DNA from: Elusimicrobiota bacterium | GTDB taxonomy: Bacteria; Elusimicrobiota; Elusimicrobia; Elusimicrobiales; UBA9959 | Length of the DNA stretch: 64,000 nucleotides | Assembly: GCA_012517285.1 (NCBI GenBank) | Contig: JAAYVG010000023.1 | Coordinates: 16,925-80,924, forward strand | Direction: 5' to 3' | Shown here: positions 18,492 through 28,086 of the stretch, piece after piece | Layout: each line of letters opens with the position of its first letter | Numbering within the stretch: position 1 is the stretch's first letter | The notes under the pieces: model-generated | The model's database searches: none | Seen by the model: the letters and a program-made list of their open reading frames with translations, nothing else | Told to the model about the DNA's origin: nothing | Program-made: the position numbers and the translations under genes

Positions 18492-20303
18492 ATGTCTAAA
18501 AAAAATCAATTTTTAAATTTTTTAGCAATAAATTTTGTTTTTTCGCTTTTAATTTACTCTTTTTTTATAATTGACTCACTGTCACAGTTAAAAGAATTAA
18601 TATTTTTAATACCTGTCCTTTTTTCAACACTTTTTCTTTTTTATTTAGTTTTTGGGAGTATTGGTTTTGTGGTATCAAAAATAAAAAGGATAGGGTGGGG
18701 AATAGTAATTGTTATATTCTCATTCTTCCACATATTTTCAATAATAGACCTGATCTTATTCCATATGTATGGCTTTCATATAAATTCTATGGTTTTAAAC
18801 CTTATATTGACGCCTGGCGGACTTGAGACATTAGATCAGAATACTTATATGATGCTTCTATATATCTTTTCCATAATTTTTGTTTTTTTTATGGTTTATT
18901 TATCCTACAGATTATCAAAAAAAATGAGTATAGCAATCCCTCTCAGCAAAATTGTTATATTTTTATCAATATGTCTTGTGATGGAAAAAGGGATCTCAGC
19001 CTATGCAGTAAGTAAAGATGTTATATGGGTAACAAAAAACTTTAAGACATTTCCACTCTATCAGCACCTTCAGATGAGAAGCTTTCTTGAAAAGTATTTT
19101 GGAATAAAGCCTGAAAAAAATGATATTAAATTTATTGATGATAGGAACTCAACTATAAGATATCCAATTAATGATATATCCTTAGAAAAGCCAAAAAAAC
19201 TTAATGTTGTCTTCATAGTGGTTGATTCTCTAAGATTTGATATGTTAACCCCAGATGTTATGCCAGAGACCTACAGATTTGCAAAAGAAAACAATGCTTT
19301 TATCCTTAACAATCATTACAGTGGTGGAAATGCTACAAGGTTTGGTATATTTTCAATATTCTATGGAATATATGGAAACTACTGGCAAAGATTTCTTGGC
19401 GAGAGAAAATCACCAGTTTTAATAGATACATTATTAAAACTTGATTATAATTTTGGGATTTTTGCTGCATCAAGGGTAACATATCCTGAGTTTGACAGGA
19501 CATGTTTTGTTAAAATTGATCCCAATGACATATATGATAAACCAGAGGGGGACAAGGTTGAAAAAGATAGAAAAATAACAGAAAAGAACATTGAGTTTTT
19601 GAATCAAAACATTGGTAAAAATTTTTTTTCATTTATATTCTTTGATGCTTTACACGGTAGCTATGACTATCCGAAGGATATGGAAAAATTTACTGGGGCA
19701 GAAAAAGAAGTAAATCATATATTCTTAAGACCCGATAATATAAAACCAGTGTTTACAAGATATAAAAACTGTGCATACTTTGAAGACTCTCTTACAGGAA
19801 AACTTCTGGATACAATAAAAAAGAAAGGTTTGCTTAAAAATACAATTATTGTAATAACAGGTGATCATGGTGAGCCATTTTTTGAAAGAGGATATTATGG
19901 TCATAATCAGAATTTCTCTGATTATGAGGTAAAAACACCTCTTGTCATTTATATTCCGGGAAAAAAGGGTTATATTATAAATGAGCAGACATCTCATATT
20001 GATCTTGTACCAACAATACTGAAAATAATTGGAGTTAAAAATCCTGAATCTGATTTTTCAAATGGAGTAAATATTTTTGATGATGAGAAACTCAAAAATA
20101 GAGAATTTGTATCTGTTTTTTCGTGGGACACCGCTGCTATAATAACAAAGAATAATACTATCGTGTTTCCGATTGAATCGTATAACCTTTATGACATAAA
20201 GGTTTATGACAACAACTTTAAACAAATCAACAAAAAGCCAGCTGAATTTCAGAATTTATTTAAAGAGTTTATGAAAAACTCTTCAATGTTTTATCGAAAA
20301 TAA
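18492..20303 (+). CDS. Membrane-anchored alkaline-phosphatase-superfamily (sulfatase-like) protein with YejM/PbgA- or LtaS/EptA-like architecture
   Basis: About 5 N-terminal TM helices, then VVDSLRFD, GDHGE and YGHN motifs of the sulfatase/phosphotransferase fold. Confidence 0.65.
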   Translation: MSKKNQFLNFLAINFVFSLLIYSFFIIDSLSQLKELIFLIPVLFSTLFLFYLVFGSIGFVVSKIKRIGWGIVIVIFSFFHIFSIIDLILFHMYGFHINSMVLNLILTPGGLETLDQNTYMMLLYIFSIIFVFFMVYLSYRLSKKMSIAIPLSKIVIFLSICLVMEKGISAYAVSKDVIWVTKNFKTFPLYQHLQMRSFLEKYFGIKPEKNDIKFIDDRNSTIRYPINDISLEKPKKLNVVFIVVDSLRFDMLTPDVMPETYRFAKENNAFILNNHYSGGNATRFGIFSIFYGIYGNYWQRFLGERKSPVLIDTLLKLDYNFGIFAASRVTYPEFDRTCFVKIDPNDIYDKPEGDKVEKDRKITEKNIEFLNQNIGKNFFSFIFFDALHGSYDYPKDMEKFTGAEKEVNHIFLRPDNIKPVFTRYKNCAYFEDSLTGKLLDTIKKKGLLKNTIIVITGDHGEPFFERGYYGHNQNFSDYEVKTPLVIYIPGKKGYIINEQTSHIDLVPTILKIIGVKNPESDFSNGVNIFDDEKLKNREFVSVFSWDTAAIITKNNTIVFPIESYNLYDIKVYDNNFKQINKKPAEFQNLFKEFMKNSSMFYRK

Positions 20304-20344
20304 TGAGGATTTCTATCTTTTTTTTATGTTTTGACAGATTCGTT

Positions 20345-20869
20345 TTATCTTAATTCAAGTTTTTGAAGTCTTGTCTCATGATCCTTAATCTTCTTATCAT
20401 GCTCCATTATTGTTTCAGCCCTTAATATATCCTTAGTTCTATAATCTCTGATCTCGTTAATAAAACTATCCATAATATTTAATATTCGGTTTATATCATC
20501 CTTTGTTGCCATATTCTCTTCGATCTTTGTAATTCTTATATCCAGCTTAACGATTTCACCTACAACTCCAGAGATATCTTTTTTTAATTCAGTCCTTACA
20601 TTGGAGATGTCTTGTTTTAATTCAGTTCTTACTGCTTTTAATTCATCCCTTACGTTGGCAATATCTTGTTTTAATTCAGTCCTTACGTTGGCAATATCTT
20701 GTTTTAATTCAGTCCTTACGTTGGCAATATCTTTTTTTAATTCAGTCCTTACATTGGAAATATCTTGTTTTAATTCAGTCCTTACATTGGAAATATCACC
20801 TTTTAATTCAGTTTTCACTTGATTAACATCTGCCTTTGTAGCAGGTAAAGATTTATTACTCTTATCCAT
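20345..20869 (-). CDS. Coiled-coil protein with about 8 tandem 11-residue repeats (VRTELKQDI[S/A]N); DUF1640-like
   Basis: 33-bp in-frame DNA tandem repeat at about 20570-20820. The C-terminal region is heptad-like. Confidence 0.7.
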   Translation of the reverse strand: MDKSNKSLPATKADVNQVKTELKGDISNVRTELKQDISNVRTELKKDIANVRTELKQDIANVRTELKQDIANVRDELKAVRTELKQDISNVRTELKKDISGVVGEIVKLDIRITKIEENMATKDDINRILNIMDSFINEIRDYRTKDILRAETIMEHDKKIKDHETRLQKLELR

Positions 20870-20984
20870 AAAAAACTCCTCCTATGTTAAATACCCTTAT
20901 CTTATTCTATACAATTTTATTAAAAATAAATAGGGTCAAAAGACCTAAACTGCATCAATTTTTCAAAGGTTATGTCTATTATTT

Positions 20985-21929
20985 TTACTTTCTTTCCCTT
21001 TTTGCCTTTTCTTTTGCCTTGATATGCTCATCATAATTAACATTAAAAGTATGCTTGCCAGTATTGTCGGCTACAAAATATATAGCATCTATCTGAGCAG
21101 GATTTAATACAGCTTCAATTGATTTCTTACCTGGAGAGCATATTGGTGAGGGGGGAAGTCCGCTTACGTAATATGTGTTGTATGGTGATGGCATTTCTAA
21201 ATCCTTATAATTAAGTCCCCTTTTCCAGTAGCCTAACGCATATTGAACGGTTGGATCTGCTTCAAGTGGTATGTTTTTTCTTAGCCTGTTAAGATAAACT
21301 GCTGCTATCAATGGTCTTTCCTCATCATAAACTGCTTCTCTTTCAACTATAGAAGCCAGAATGATAACCTTGTATTCATCAAGTCCATCAGGTATCTTAT
21401 ATTTTGAAAAAATAGGTTTTATGTTCTTATTAAACGTATCCATAAAAAATGATATTACCTCATCCTCTGTTGTGTTTTTAGCAAAGTAATATGTTGAAGG
21501 GAAAAGATATCCCTCCAATTTTTTCTCTTTTACTATTTTTATAAATTTTTCTTCACTCTTTATAACTCCTGCTTTTTTAAGCCTTTCTGCTACCTGCTCA
21601 GCCCTCCAGCCTTCAGGTATAACAACCTTTATTGAGTTTAAATACTTCTGATTTATCATTCTGTATAATACCACTTCAGCAGGAGAGTATATTCTAAATG
21701 AATATTCACCAGGATTTATCTTTTTATCAGTTTTTGTTAGTTTTACTAAAGCTCTGAAGTATGTTGATGAAAATATTATTTTGTTTTCTTTCAGTATGTT
21801 TGCAATGCTCTGAGCATTTGAACCCTCAGGTATAAATATTTTTATTGTTCTAGCAGGAAGAAAAAAATAAGCACAAAGAATACAAATCAAAAAAACAAGT
21901 ATTAAAAAAAAATATAAAGTTTTTTTCAT
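20985..21929 (-). CDS. mltG: Endolytic murein transglycosylase MltG (YceG family)
   Basis: N-terminal TM helix, ILASIVEREA catalytic-Glu motif, and YNTY..GLPP.PI..PG. Confidence 0.88.
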   Translation of the reverse strand: MKKTLYFFLILVFLICILCAYFFLPARTIKIFIPEGSNAQSIANILKENKIIFSSTYFRALVKLTKTDKKINPGEYSFRIYSPAEVVLYRMINQKYLNSIKVVIPEGWRAEQVAERLKKAGVIKSEEKFIKIVKEKKLEGYLFPSTYYFAKNTTEDEVISFFMDTFNKNIKPIFSKYKIPDGLDEYKVIILASIVEREAVYDEERPLIAAVYLNRLRKNIPLEADPTVQYALGYWKRGLNYKDLEMPSPYNTYYVSGLPPSPICSPGKKSIEAVLNPAQIDAIYFVADNTGKHTFNVNYDEHIKAKEKAKRERK

Positions 21930-22480
21930 ATAAATTTTCTTTCAAGAATTTTATTGTAAACAGCTCCATTCTGTGTCAGAATGCTTGAAAAAATAGCTAT
22001 ATTTTCAAATACTCCTTCTATGTTTAAATCAATAGATTTTATAGTATTCAGCTCATCTCTGGTCAGTGATGTCTTTGCTCTTGCAATGGTGATATGTGGG
22101 TAAAATGTTTCGTTTGTATAAATCTTTGCTGTGTTTAAAGCATTCTTTACCTTTAAATATACCTCATTTAATATTGAAGATGCATTCTCATCCACACCAG
22201 CCCATAAAATATTAGGATGCCTGTCTGAGGGGAAAAAACCTAAATGAGTTGAAGTAAATTTTATCCTTTTTATATCTCCCATATCATTTAATATATTTTT
22301 TATTGTATTTATATCATTATCATTGCATATCTCTCCAATAAAAGCGTATGTCAGGTGAATGCTGTTTAGATCAAGAAGCCTCAATCTTGTAGATATGCCG
22401 CTTTTATTAAAAGAATCAAACACACCAAGAATCTGGTTTTTATAATCATCATTAGGTTGTGAAGCAATAAAAAGTCTCAT
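21926..22480 (-). CDS. thpR: RNA 2',3'-cyclic phosphodiesterase (2H phosphoesterase, LigT/ThpR)
   Basis: Two HxT motifs, HLTYAF and HITIAR. Confidence 0.8.
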   Translation of the reverse strand: MRLFIASQPNDDYKNQILGVFDSFNKSGISTRLRLLDLNSIHLTYAFIGEICNDNDINTIKNILNDMGDIKRIKFTSTHLGFFPSDRHPNILWAGVDENASSILNEVYLKVKNALNTAKIYTNETFYPHITIARAKTSLTRDELNTIKSIDLNIEGVFENIAIFSSILTQNGAVYNKILERKFI

Positions 22481-23292
22481 TATTCTTCCATATCTTTATT
22501 TTTAGCTGTCTTTTTATTTCTTTGATTTGCCTTTTTAGCAAAAAGTGACTGTCTGTATTTTTCTTTTTCTGAAGCATTAAATCTTTTCCATTTCTTTTTA
22601 TAATTTATAAGTCTTTTTTTATCATCTGATATATATCTTTTATATGATGACAGCTTTGAGAGTTTTATCACCCTTTTATGTCTGGAATCACTGCTCAGAG
22701 AAACCTCATTGTTCTTTGACAGCTTTAAAAGATTTTCTTCGTTTTCATCCTCTCCTGGATATACCTTCATTTCTCCTTCATCAAAAATCCCAGCAACAGT
22801 CTCATTCTTAAACTTTGTATGTTCAATAGCAAACTCTCCCCCTGATATAACACATAGAGCCTGTGGAGTTTTTATCCGCAGTGTCATTCTCTCTTTAAGC
22901 CTTTCAATCTTTGCTATCATAATTCCAGATGAAAGTGAGAAAATGATGTCATTTGATGCGTCTGATATTTCTATCTCACTGTTCCTCTCCAATCTTATTA
23001 TTCCAGTGTTATTTATATATATGTTTACAGCTCCATCAGATGCAGTTTTAATAACATCTCCTGTTTCTATCGGGTACTGGTAATTGTTAGAGAGAGTTGT
23101 TTCTTCCTCATAACTGGTTGAAATATTAACAGTCCCTGATATCCTTTCTATTCTTATATCAGGAGATAGTGCAGATGATTTACTGTCAGAGTTTAAGGCC
23201 TCCTCTATCATCTGTTTGTACTGATCCACACTAACCTGTTTTTGTGAAAACAAAAAACAGGGTGACAATATGAGCATTATAATAAATCTCAT
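22480..23292 (-). CDS. Secreted FecR-domain-like protein with a Lys-rich C-terminus
   Basis: Signal peptide. The segment GDVIKTASDGAVNIYINNTGIIRLERNSEIEI resembles the FecR fold. Confidence 0.45.
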   Translation of the reverse strand: MRFIIMLILSPCFLFSQKQVSVDQYKQMIEEALNSDSKSSALSPDIRIERISGTVNISTSYEEETTLSNNYQYPIETGDVIKTASDGAVNIYINNTGIIRLERNSEIEISDASNDIIFSLSSGIMIAKIERLKERMTLRIKTPQALCVISGGEFAIEHTKFKNETVAGIFDEGEMKVYPGEDENEENLLKLSKNNEVSLSSDSRHKRVIKLSKLSSYKRYISDDKKRLINYKKKWKRFNASEKEKYRQSLFAKKANQRNKKTAKNKDMEE

Positions 23293-23302
23293 AGAAAACT
23301 CC

Positions 23303-24469
23303 CTATACTATCTTTTTGAAATTTCTCTTACCACATTGAAGAATAAATCCACCGCGTTCAATCATTTTATCCTCTAAAATCTTATTCCCATCAATCCTTA
23401 CTGCTCCACTTTCAATAAGCCTTCTTGATTCATTGTTGCTCTTTGATATTTTTGAAGATGTAAGAATATGAGACAGGAGCATTGGTCTTTCCAGTTTGAA
23501 GAGTTCAATTTCTTCTGGCAGTTCCTTTTTAGAAAAAACCCTTTCAAAGTTTTCTTTAGCTTTTATAGCTGCCTCTTCACCATTAAACCTCTTCACCATT
23601 GTATATGCCAGTTCCTTCTTTGCCTGCATAGGATGCATTGCTTTTATTTCATTCATATTTAAATCAGTTAAGAGCTCATAATAAGTAAGCATAACATCAT
23701 CAGAAATGGACATAAGCTTTCCAAACATATCATCAGGGGTGTCATTGAAGGCTATATAATTTTTATAAGATTTAGACATTTTTTTTACGCCATCAGTTCC
23801 GACAAGAAGTGGTACAGTTATACATATCTGTGGCTTTATGCTGTAAAGCTTTTCTAAATCTCTACCAACAAGAAGATTGAATATCTGATCATGACCGCCA
23901 AGTTCTATATCGGCTTTTATTGCAACAGAGTCATATCCCTGAAAGACAGGATAAAGTATTTCAAGGAGGCTTATAGGGTTTTCATTCTTCATCCTATTCT
24001 TAAAGTCCTCACGCTCCAAAAGCCTTGAAATCGTAACATTTTTTGCAACATTGAAAAGCTCTATACTATTATCTTTAAAACTCACAAATGGTTTAAGCCA
24101 CTCTGAGTTGAATCTGATCTCTGTCCTATCTCTGTCAAGAATCTTAAAGGCCTGTTCAGTGTATGTTTTTGAATTTTCTATTATCTGTTCGTAGGAAAGC
24201 AAAGGTCTTGTGGAATCCCTTCCGCTCGGATCCCCGACCTGAGATGTAAAGTCTCCTATTATAAGAACTGCTCTGTGACCCAAATCCTGAAATGCTCTTA
24301 ATTTATTTAAAACAACACTGTGTCCCAAGTGTAGATCAGGGCTTGTTGGATCAACACCTAACTTTACTACAAGCTCTCTGTTTTCCTTTAACTTTTCTAC
24401 AAGCTCATCCTCGCTTACAAGGTCAACCACGCCTCTTTTTATAATTTTAAGTTGTTCATCAATATTCAT
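23303..24469 (-). CDS. tyrS: Tyrosyl-tRNA synthetase
   Basis: HLGH (HIGH) and KMSKS motifs, with a C-terminal S4-like domain. Confidence 0.92.
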   Translation of the reverse strand: MNIDEQLKIIKRGVVDLVSEDELVEKLKENRELVVKLGVDPTSPDLHLGHSVVLNKLRAFQDLGHRAVLIIGDFTSQVGDPSGRDSTRPLLSYEQIIENSKTYTEQAFKILDRDRTEIRFNSEWLKPFVSFKDNSIELFNVAKNVTISRLLEREDFKNRMKNENPISLLEILYPVFQGYDSVAIKADIELGGHDQIFNLLVGRDLEKLYSIKPQICITVPLLVGTDGVKKMSKSYKNYIAFNDTPDDMFGKLMSISDDVMLTYYELLTDLNMNEIKAMHPMQAKKELAYTMVKRFNGEEAAIKAKENFERVFSKKELPEEIELFKLERPMLLSHILTSSKISKSNNESRRLIESGAVRIDGNKILEDKMIERGGFILQCGKRNFKKIV

Positions 24470-24525
24470 AATTAATATCCTTAATAAAAATTATTTTACA
24501 ATTTTTTTATAACCTTTTTTAATTT

Positions 24526-25977
24526 TTAATGTATTCCATGCATCCACTTTCTGATCCTTGGTGTTAATAAAAAAAGCAGTAGTGCGGAGAGGATTGCTGT
24601 TGTCATTGGAATCATAAAAAATTTAGAATGGTTCATTGCATCGTAATTCCCTGCAAAAAAACCACCAATAAAGTTTGCCACAAATGATGATAAAAACCAT
24701 ACGCCCATCATAAGTGATGTGAATTGAACAGGGGAAAGCTTTGTAACAAGTGAAAGACCAACTGGTGAAAGGCAGAGCTCTCCCAGTGTGTGAAAAAAAT
24801 ATGCTCCTATAAGCCAAAAGATACTCACAGGTCCTGATACCTCATATATCTTTGCAGCAACAACCATAACCATAAAACCAACTGAGAGAAACCCAAGACC
24901 TATAGAAAACTTGAGTGGGGATGATGGCTCTTTATGGACATCGGCAAGCCTTATCCAGAGCTTTGAGAAAAGTGGAGCAAGCAAAAATATAAGAAGTGGA
25001 TTTATTGACTGAAAGTATCCTGTTGGAACCACAAAGTTAAATCCAAAAATACTTAAATTTCTATTTGTTTCTTTATCAGCAAAAATAGTGAGTGAACTCC
25101 CAGCCTGTTCAAAGGCTGACCAAAAAAATATTGAGAAGAATACCATTATGAATATTACAGCTATTCTCTGTTTCTCAACCCTTGTAAGTGTGGATTTGCT
25201 TGAGTTTGTTGTGTATGCATATATAAAACCAGTAACAACAAGTATGGCAGCTATCCAGTAGATATACCTTGGCACTCTTTCTATTATTTCATATCCTGAA
25301 AACTGAAAAGCACTAAGTATCAAGAAAATTAAGACCACAGAAAGGAGGATAATCGGCATAGAATAATTTTTTTGAGGGTTTTTAGGCTTCATACACTTAT
25401 CACCCAAGAATTGTTTCTGTCCCCACATATACATAATAAGTCCTAAAAACATTCCTATGCCGGCTGCAGAAAATCCCCAGTGCCAGCCAACCTTTTCTCC
25501 AAGTGTAGAGCATACAAAAGGGGAAAAGAATGCCCCTAAGTTTATGCCCATATAAAATATTGTAAAACCTGCATCACGGCGAGGATCGTTTTCTTCATAG
25601 AGAGAGCCAACGACTGTTGATATGTTCGGTTTAAAAAAACCGTTTCCCATAATAAGAAGTATAAGTCCTGTGAAAAAAAACGGTAGTGCAGGAAATGCAA
25701 GGCTGAAGTGTCCTAATGCCATAAGCACTCCACCTATTAGTATTGCCTTCCTCTGACCTAAATATCTATCAGCTATATAACCACCTATAAGCGGGGTGAG
25801 ATAGACCATTCCAGTGTACCATCCGTATATCCTGCCTGATTTTTCCATAGAAAAATTTAAAAAATTAAGCATATAAAGAACTAACAAAGCCCTCATCCCA
25901 TAATAAGAAAATCTTTCCCACATCTCAACAAAAAATAAAAGAAAAAGTCCTTTTGGTTGATTTTTGCTAATGGGCAT
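24526..25977 (-). CDS. dtpT: POT/PTR2-family proton-dependent di/tripeptide transporter
   Basis: ERFSYYGMRALLVLYM PTR2 signature and about 14 TM segments. Confidence 0.88.
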   Translation of the reverse strand: MPISKNQPKGLFLLFFVEMWERFSYYGMRALLVLYMLNFLNFSMEKSGRIYGWYTGMVYLTPLIGGYIADRYLGQRKAILIGGVLMALGHFSLAFPALPFFFTGLILLIMGNGFFKPNISTVVGSLYEENDPRRDAGFTIFYMGINLGAFFSPFVCSTLGEKVGWHWGFSAAGIGMFLGLIMYMWGQKQFLGDKCMKPKNPQKNYSMPIILLSVVLIFLILSAFQFSGYEIIERVPRYIYWIAAILVVTGFIYAYTTNSSKSTLTRVEKQRIAVIFIMVFFSIFFWSAFEQAGSSLTIFADKETNRNLSIFGFNFVVPTGYFQSINPLLIFLLAPLFSKLWIRLADVHKEPSSPLKFSIGLGFLSVGFMVMVVAAKIYEVSGPVSIFWLIGAYFFHTLGELCLSPVGLSLVTKLSPVQFTSLMMGVWFLSSFVANFIGGFFAGNYDAMNHSKFFMIPMTTAILSALLLFLLTPRIRKWMHGIH

Positions 25978-25992
25978 AAAAAACCTCCATTT

Positions 25993-26190
25993 AAATAGTG
26001 GTCAGTGGTTAGTGATCAGTGCCTGCCTGCCGAAGATATATCAGCAAAGTGGCGAATAGCCACAGTCGTTTTGCTGATATGTTTATCGTAGGCAGGAACA
26101 GTAAAACCAGATAACAGAGAACAGAGGTCAGAAGACAGAAAACAGAACTCAGAATTTAAAATAACTCATCCTATCTGACCTCTGACTTCT
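25993..26190. repeat. Mosaic intergenic repeat block: the GTGGTCAGTGGTTAGTGATCAG word, the split palindrome at 26021-26096 with a nested hairpin insert, and CAGAAGACAGAAAACAG words forming a further hairpin
   Basis: Read directly. Confidence 0.85.
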
Positions 26191-26238
26191 CTGTGTCCAC
26201 ATTCGACCATGATACGCATTAATTATACAAATTCTCCA

Positions 26239-28086
26239 TCAATAACTTATCACATCAACTGTAACCTTGTTTTCAACTGAATATCTTTTTAAATAATTAA
26301 AAAAGTTATTGTAATTTTTTATCTTTATCCATGCTTTATGGGTATAGTATTTAGAATTTCTTATCTTTCTTATCTTAAGGTTTGGTATGTATTCTATTAT
26401 TTCATATCTTGCCTTAAAATTTTCATCAACTGATTCAATAAATTTGTTTATCAGTTCTTTCAACCTTTTTTTATCAGTAGATTTTATCTCAATCTGAAAA
26501 AGATATGCAAATGGGGGGTAATTAAAATTTTTTCTTAGCTCAATTTCAGAAGAGAGATAAGCATTTATGTCTGAAAGAGTGTTGAATATATAATTTTCTG
26601 GGTTATATGTGTAAACAATCAGTTTGGAATTTTCATTAAGAAGTGAGGAGAATGTTAGAAATTTATCAATAAATTTTTCAGAGTATGTGTAGTCAAAGTC
26701 ATTATGCCTTTCATAAACAATAAATATTCCAGTATCAAACTTTAATTCAAGGGTTGATGTTAATAGAATATCTGTTCCAATAATTATGTCGTAATCCTTA
26801 TTTTTAATGATATCCATTGCTCTATCAAAGAGCGATTTTATATATATACATCTTCCATCAATTTCATATATCTTTTTATCAATGAATATTGATGATAAAG
26901 TCTCATATATCCTCTGAGAGCCAACCCCCTTTTCCTGTAATACATTATAGCATTTTGGACATATGTTTATATAATCCTCATTATAATTACAATAACCGCA
27001 TATATATTTTTTGATCCCATCAACTGTTTCTGCCTTCATAACTGAATTACATTTTGGACATCTCTTTATCCAACCACACACAGGACAAGATATAATGCTT
27101 GCAGAATACTTTGAGTATGAGACAATCAGTATCTTTTTGTTTTCATCAAGTAGTTTTTTTATCTCAGTTATGTTGGTCTCTGATAAAACAGGTTTTTTTA
27201 TTATATCTCTGATTTCAATGTTTGCTGGTTTTATATCATCCATTTCTATCCTTAGCCCATCCTTCTCTTTTTCTAAAAAAAATGGTGATATAGATGTGGA
27301 AAACAAAATCACTGGATAGTTCATAACCTCTGAGATTTTAAAAAGGAGTTCTACAGTTTCATAGTATGGATGCTGATCAAATTGCCTGTATGAGCTGTTT
27401 AAAGGCTCAGTTATAAAAAAAACAGTGTTATCTGGAAATGGAAGGAAGCAACCAGATTTTGTTGTTAAAAGCAGTTTTATATTGCCTGATAGCAAAAGAT
27501 CTACTATTTCTTTTCTTTCTTTCTGTGTTTGATTTGATGAATACTTTTTGTAAAGTTCTTTGTTGAGTGTAAGGTTGATATCAAAAACTTCCATAGAAAA
27601 TATGTTAGGAAAGAATATAATAACACTATGATCTTTTATATATTCACTCAAAAGCTCTTTCTGTAGAATGGATGGATTTTTTGAAACTATAAAACGATTG
27701 TTTTCTTTAACTGATTCTTTTTTTGACTCCTCTTTCACTTGAGAAGACAGCTTTAGTGGAAGATACCTTAAAAAATTAGCAAGGACAAGCCCTGAAGGGG
27801 AAAACCATCTTTTTGATATGAAATCGCTTATTTCCAGCAATTTTTCAAGAATAAAGAGAGGTTTGCTGTCTATAATTGTATCTATTTCTTTCAGTTCTGA
27901 TATGCCGGTTAGATCTGTTATGTCAGATTCATTCTTTAAGAAAACAACATAGCCAAGAACTTTTTTTCTGTTTGCAAATGATGCATATATCCTAAGTCCA
28001 GGTTTTATATCCTTTTCTAAACTCTGTGGAATTTTATAATAAAATGTTTTATCAAGAGCAACTGGAAAAAGTATCTCAGCTATCAT
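26239..28086 (-). CDS. priA: PriA-like primosomal protein N' with degenerate helicase motifs
   Basis: PriA-type N-terminus (EILFPVALDKTFYYKIP) and a Cys-rich Zn-binding insert (CPVCG..CPKC...CGYC...CPKC). The sequence aligns by eye with E. coli PriA, but Walker A, DEEH, motif III and motif VI are all replaced. Confidence 0.7.
   Translation of the reverse strand: MIAEILFPVALDKTFYYKIPQSLEKDIKPGLRIYASFANRKKVLGYVVFLKNESDITDLTGISELKEIDTIIDSKPLFILEKLLEISDFISKRWFSPSGLVLANFLRYLPLKLSSQVKEESKKESVKENNRFIVSKNPSILQKELLSEYIKDHSVIIFFPNIFSMEVFDINLTLNKELYKKYSSNQTQKERKEIVDLLLSGNIKLLLTTKSGCFLPFPDNTVFFITEPLNSSYRQFDQHPYYETVELLFKISEVMNYPVILFSTSISPFFLEKEKDGLRIEMDDIKPANIEIRDIIKKPVLSETNITEIKKLLDENKKILIVSYSKYSASIISCPVCGWIKRCPKCNSVMKAETVDGIKKYICGYCNYNEDYINICPKCYNVLQEKGVGSQRIYETLSSIFIDKKIYEIDGRCIYIKSLFDRAMDIIKNKDYDIIIGTDILLTSTLELKFDTGIFIVYERHNDFDYTYSEKFIDKFLTFSSLLNENSKLIVYTYNPENYIFNTLSDINAYLSSEIELRKNFNYPPFAYLFQIEIKSTDKKRLKELINKFIESVDENFKARYEIIEYIPNLKIRKIRNSKYYTHKAWIKIKNYNNFFNYLKRYSVENKVTVDVISY

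Noticed and set aside
18262-18499. Two overlapping plus-strand ORFs (69 and 67 aa)
   Set aside because: Both read straight through the tRNA-Ala gene (18341-18413), so they are artefacts.
20601-20822. 73-aa plus-strand ORF (MEMSCFNSVLT.. repeats)
   Set aside because: It is the antisense reading of the 33-bp tandem repeat in the coiled-coil gene. Its periodic sequence is a mirror artefact.
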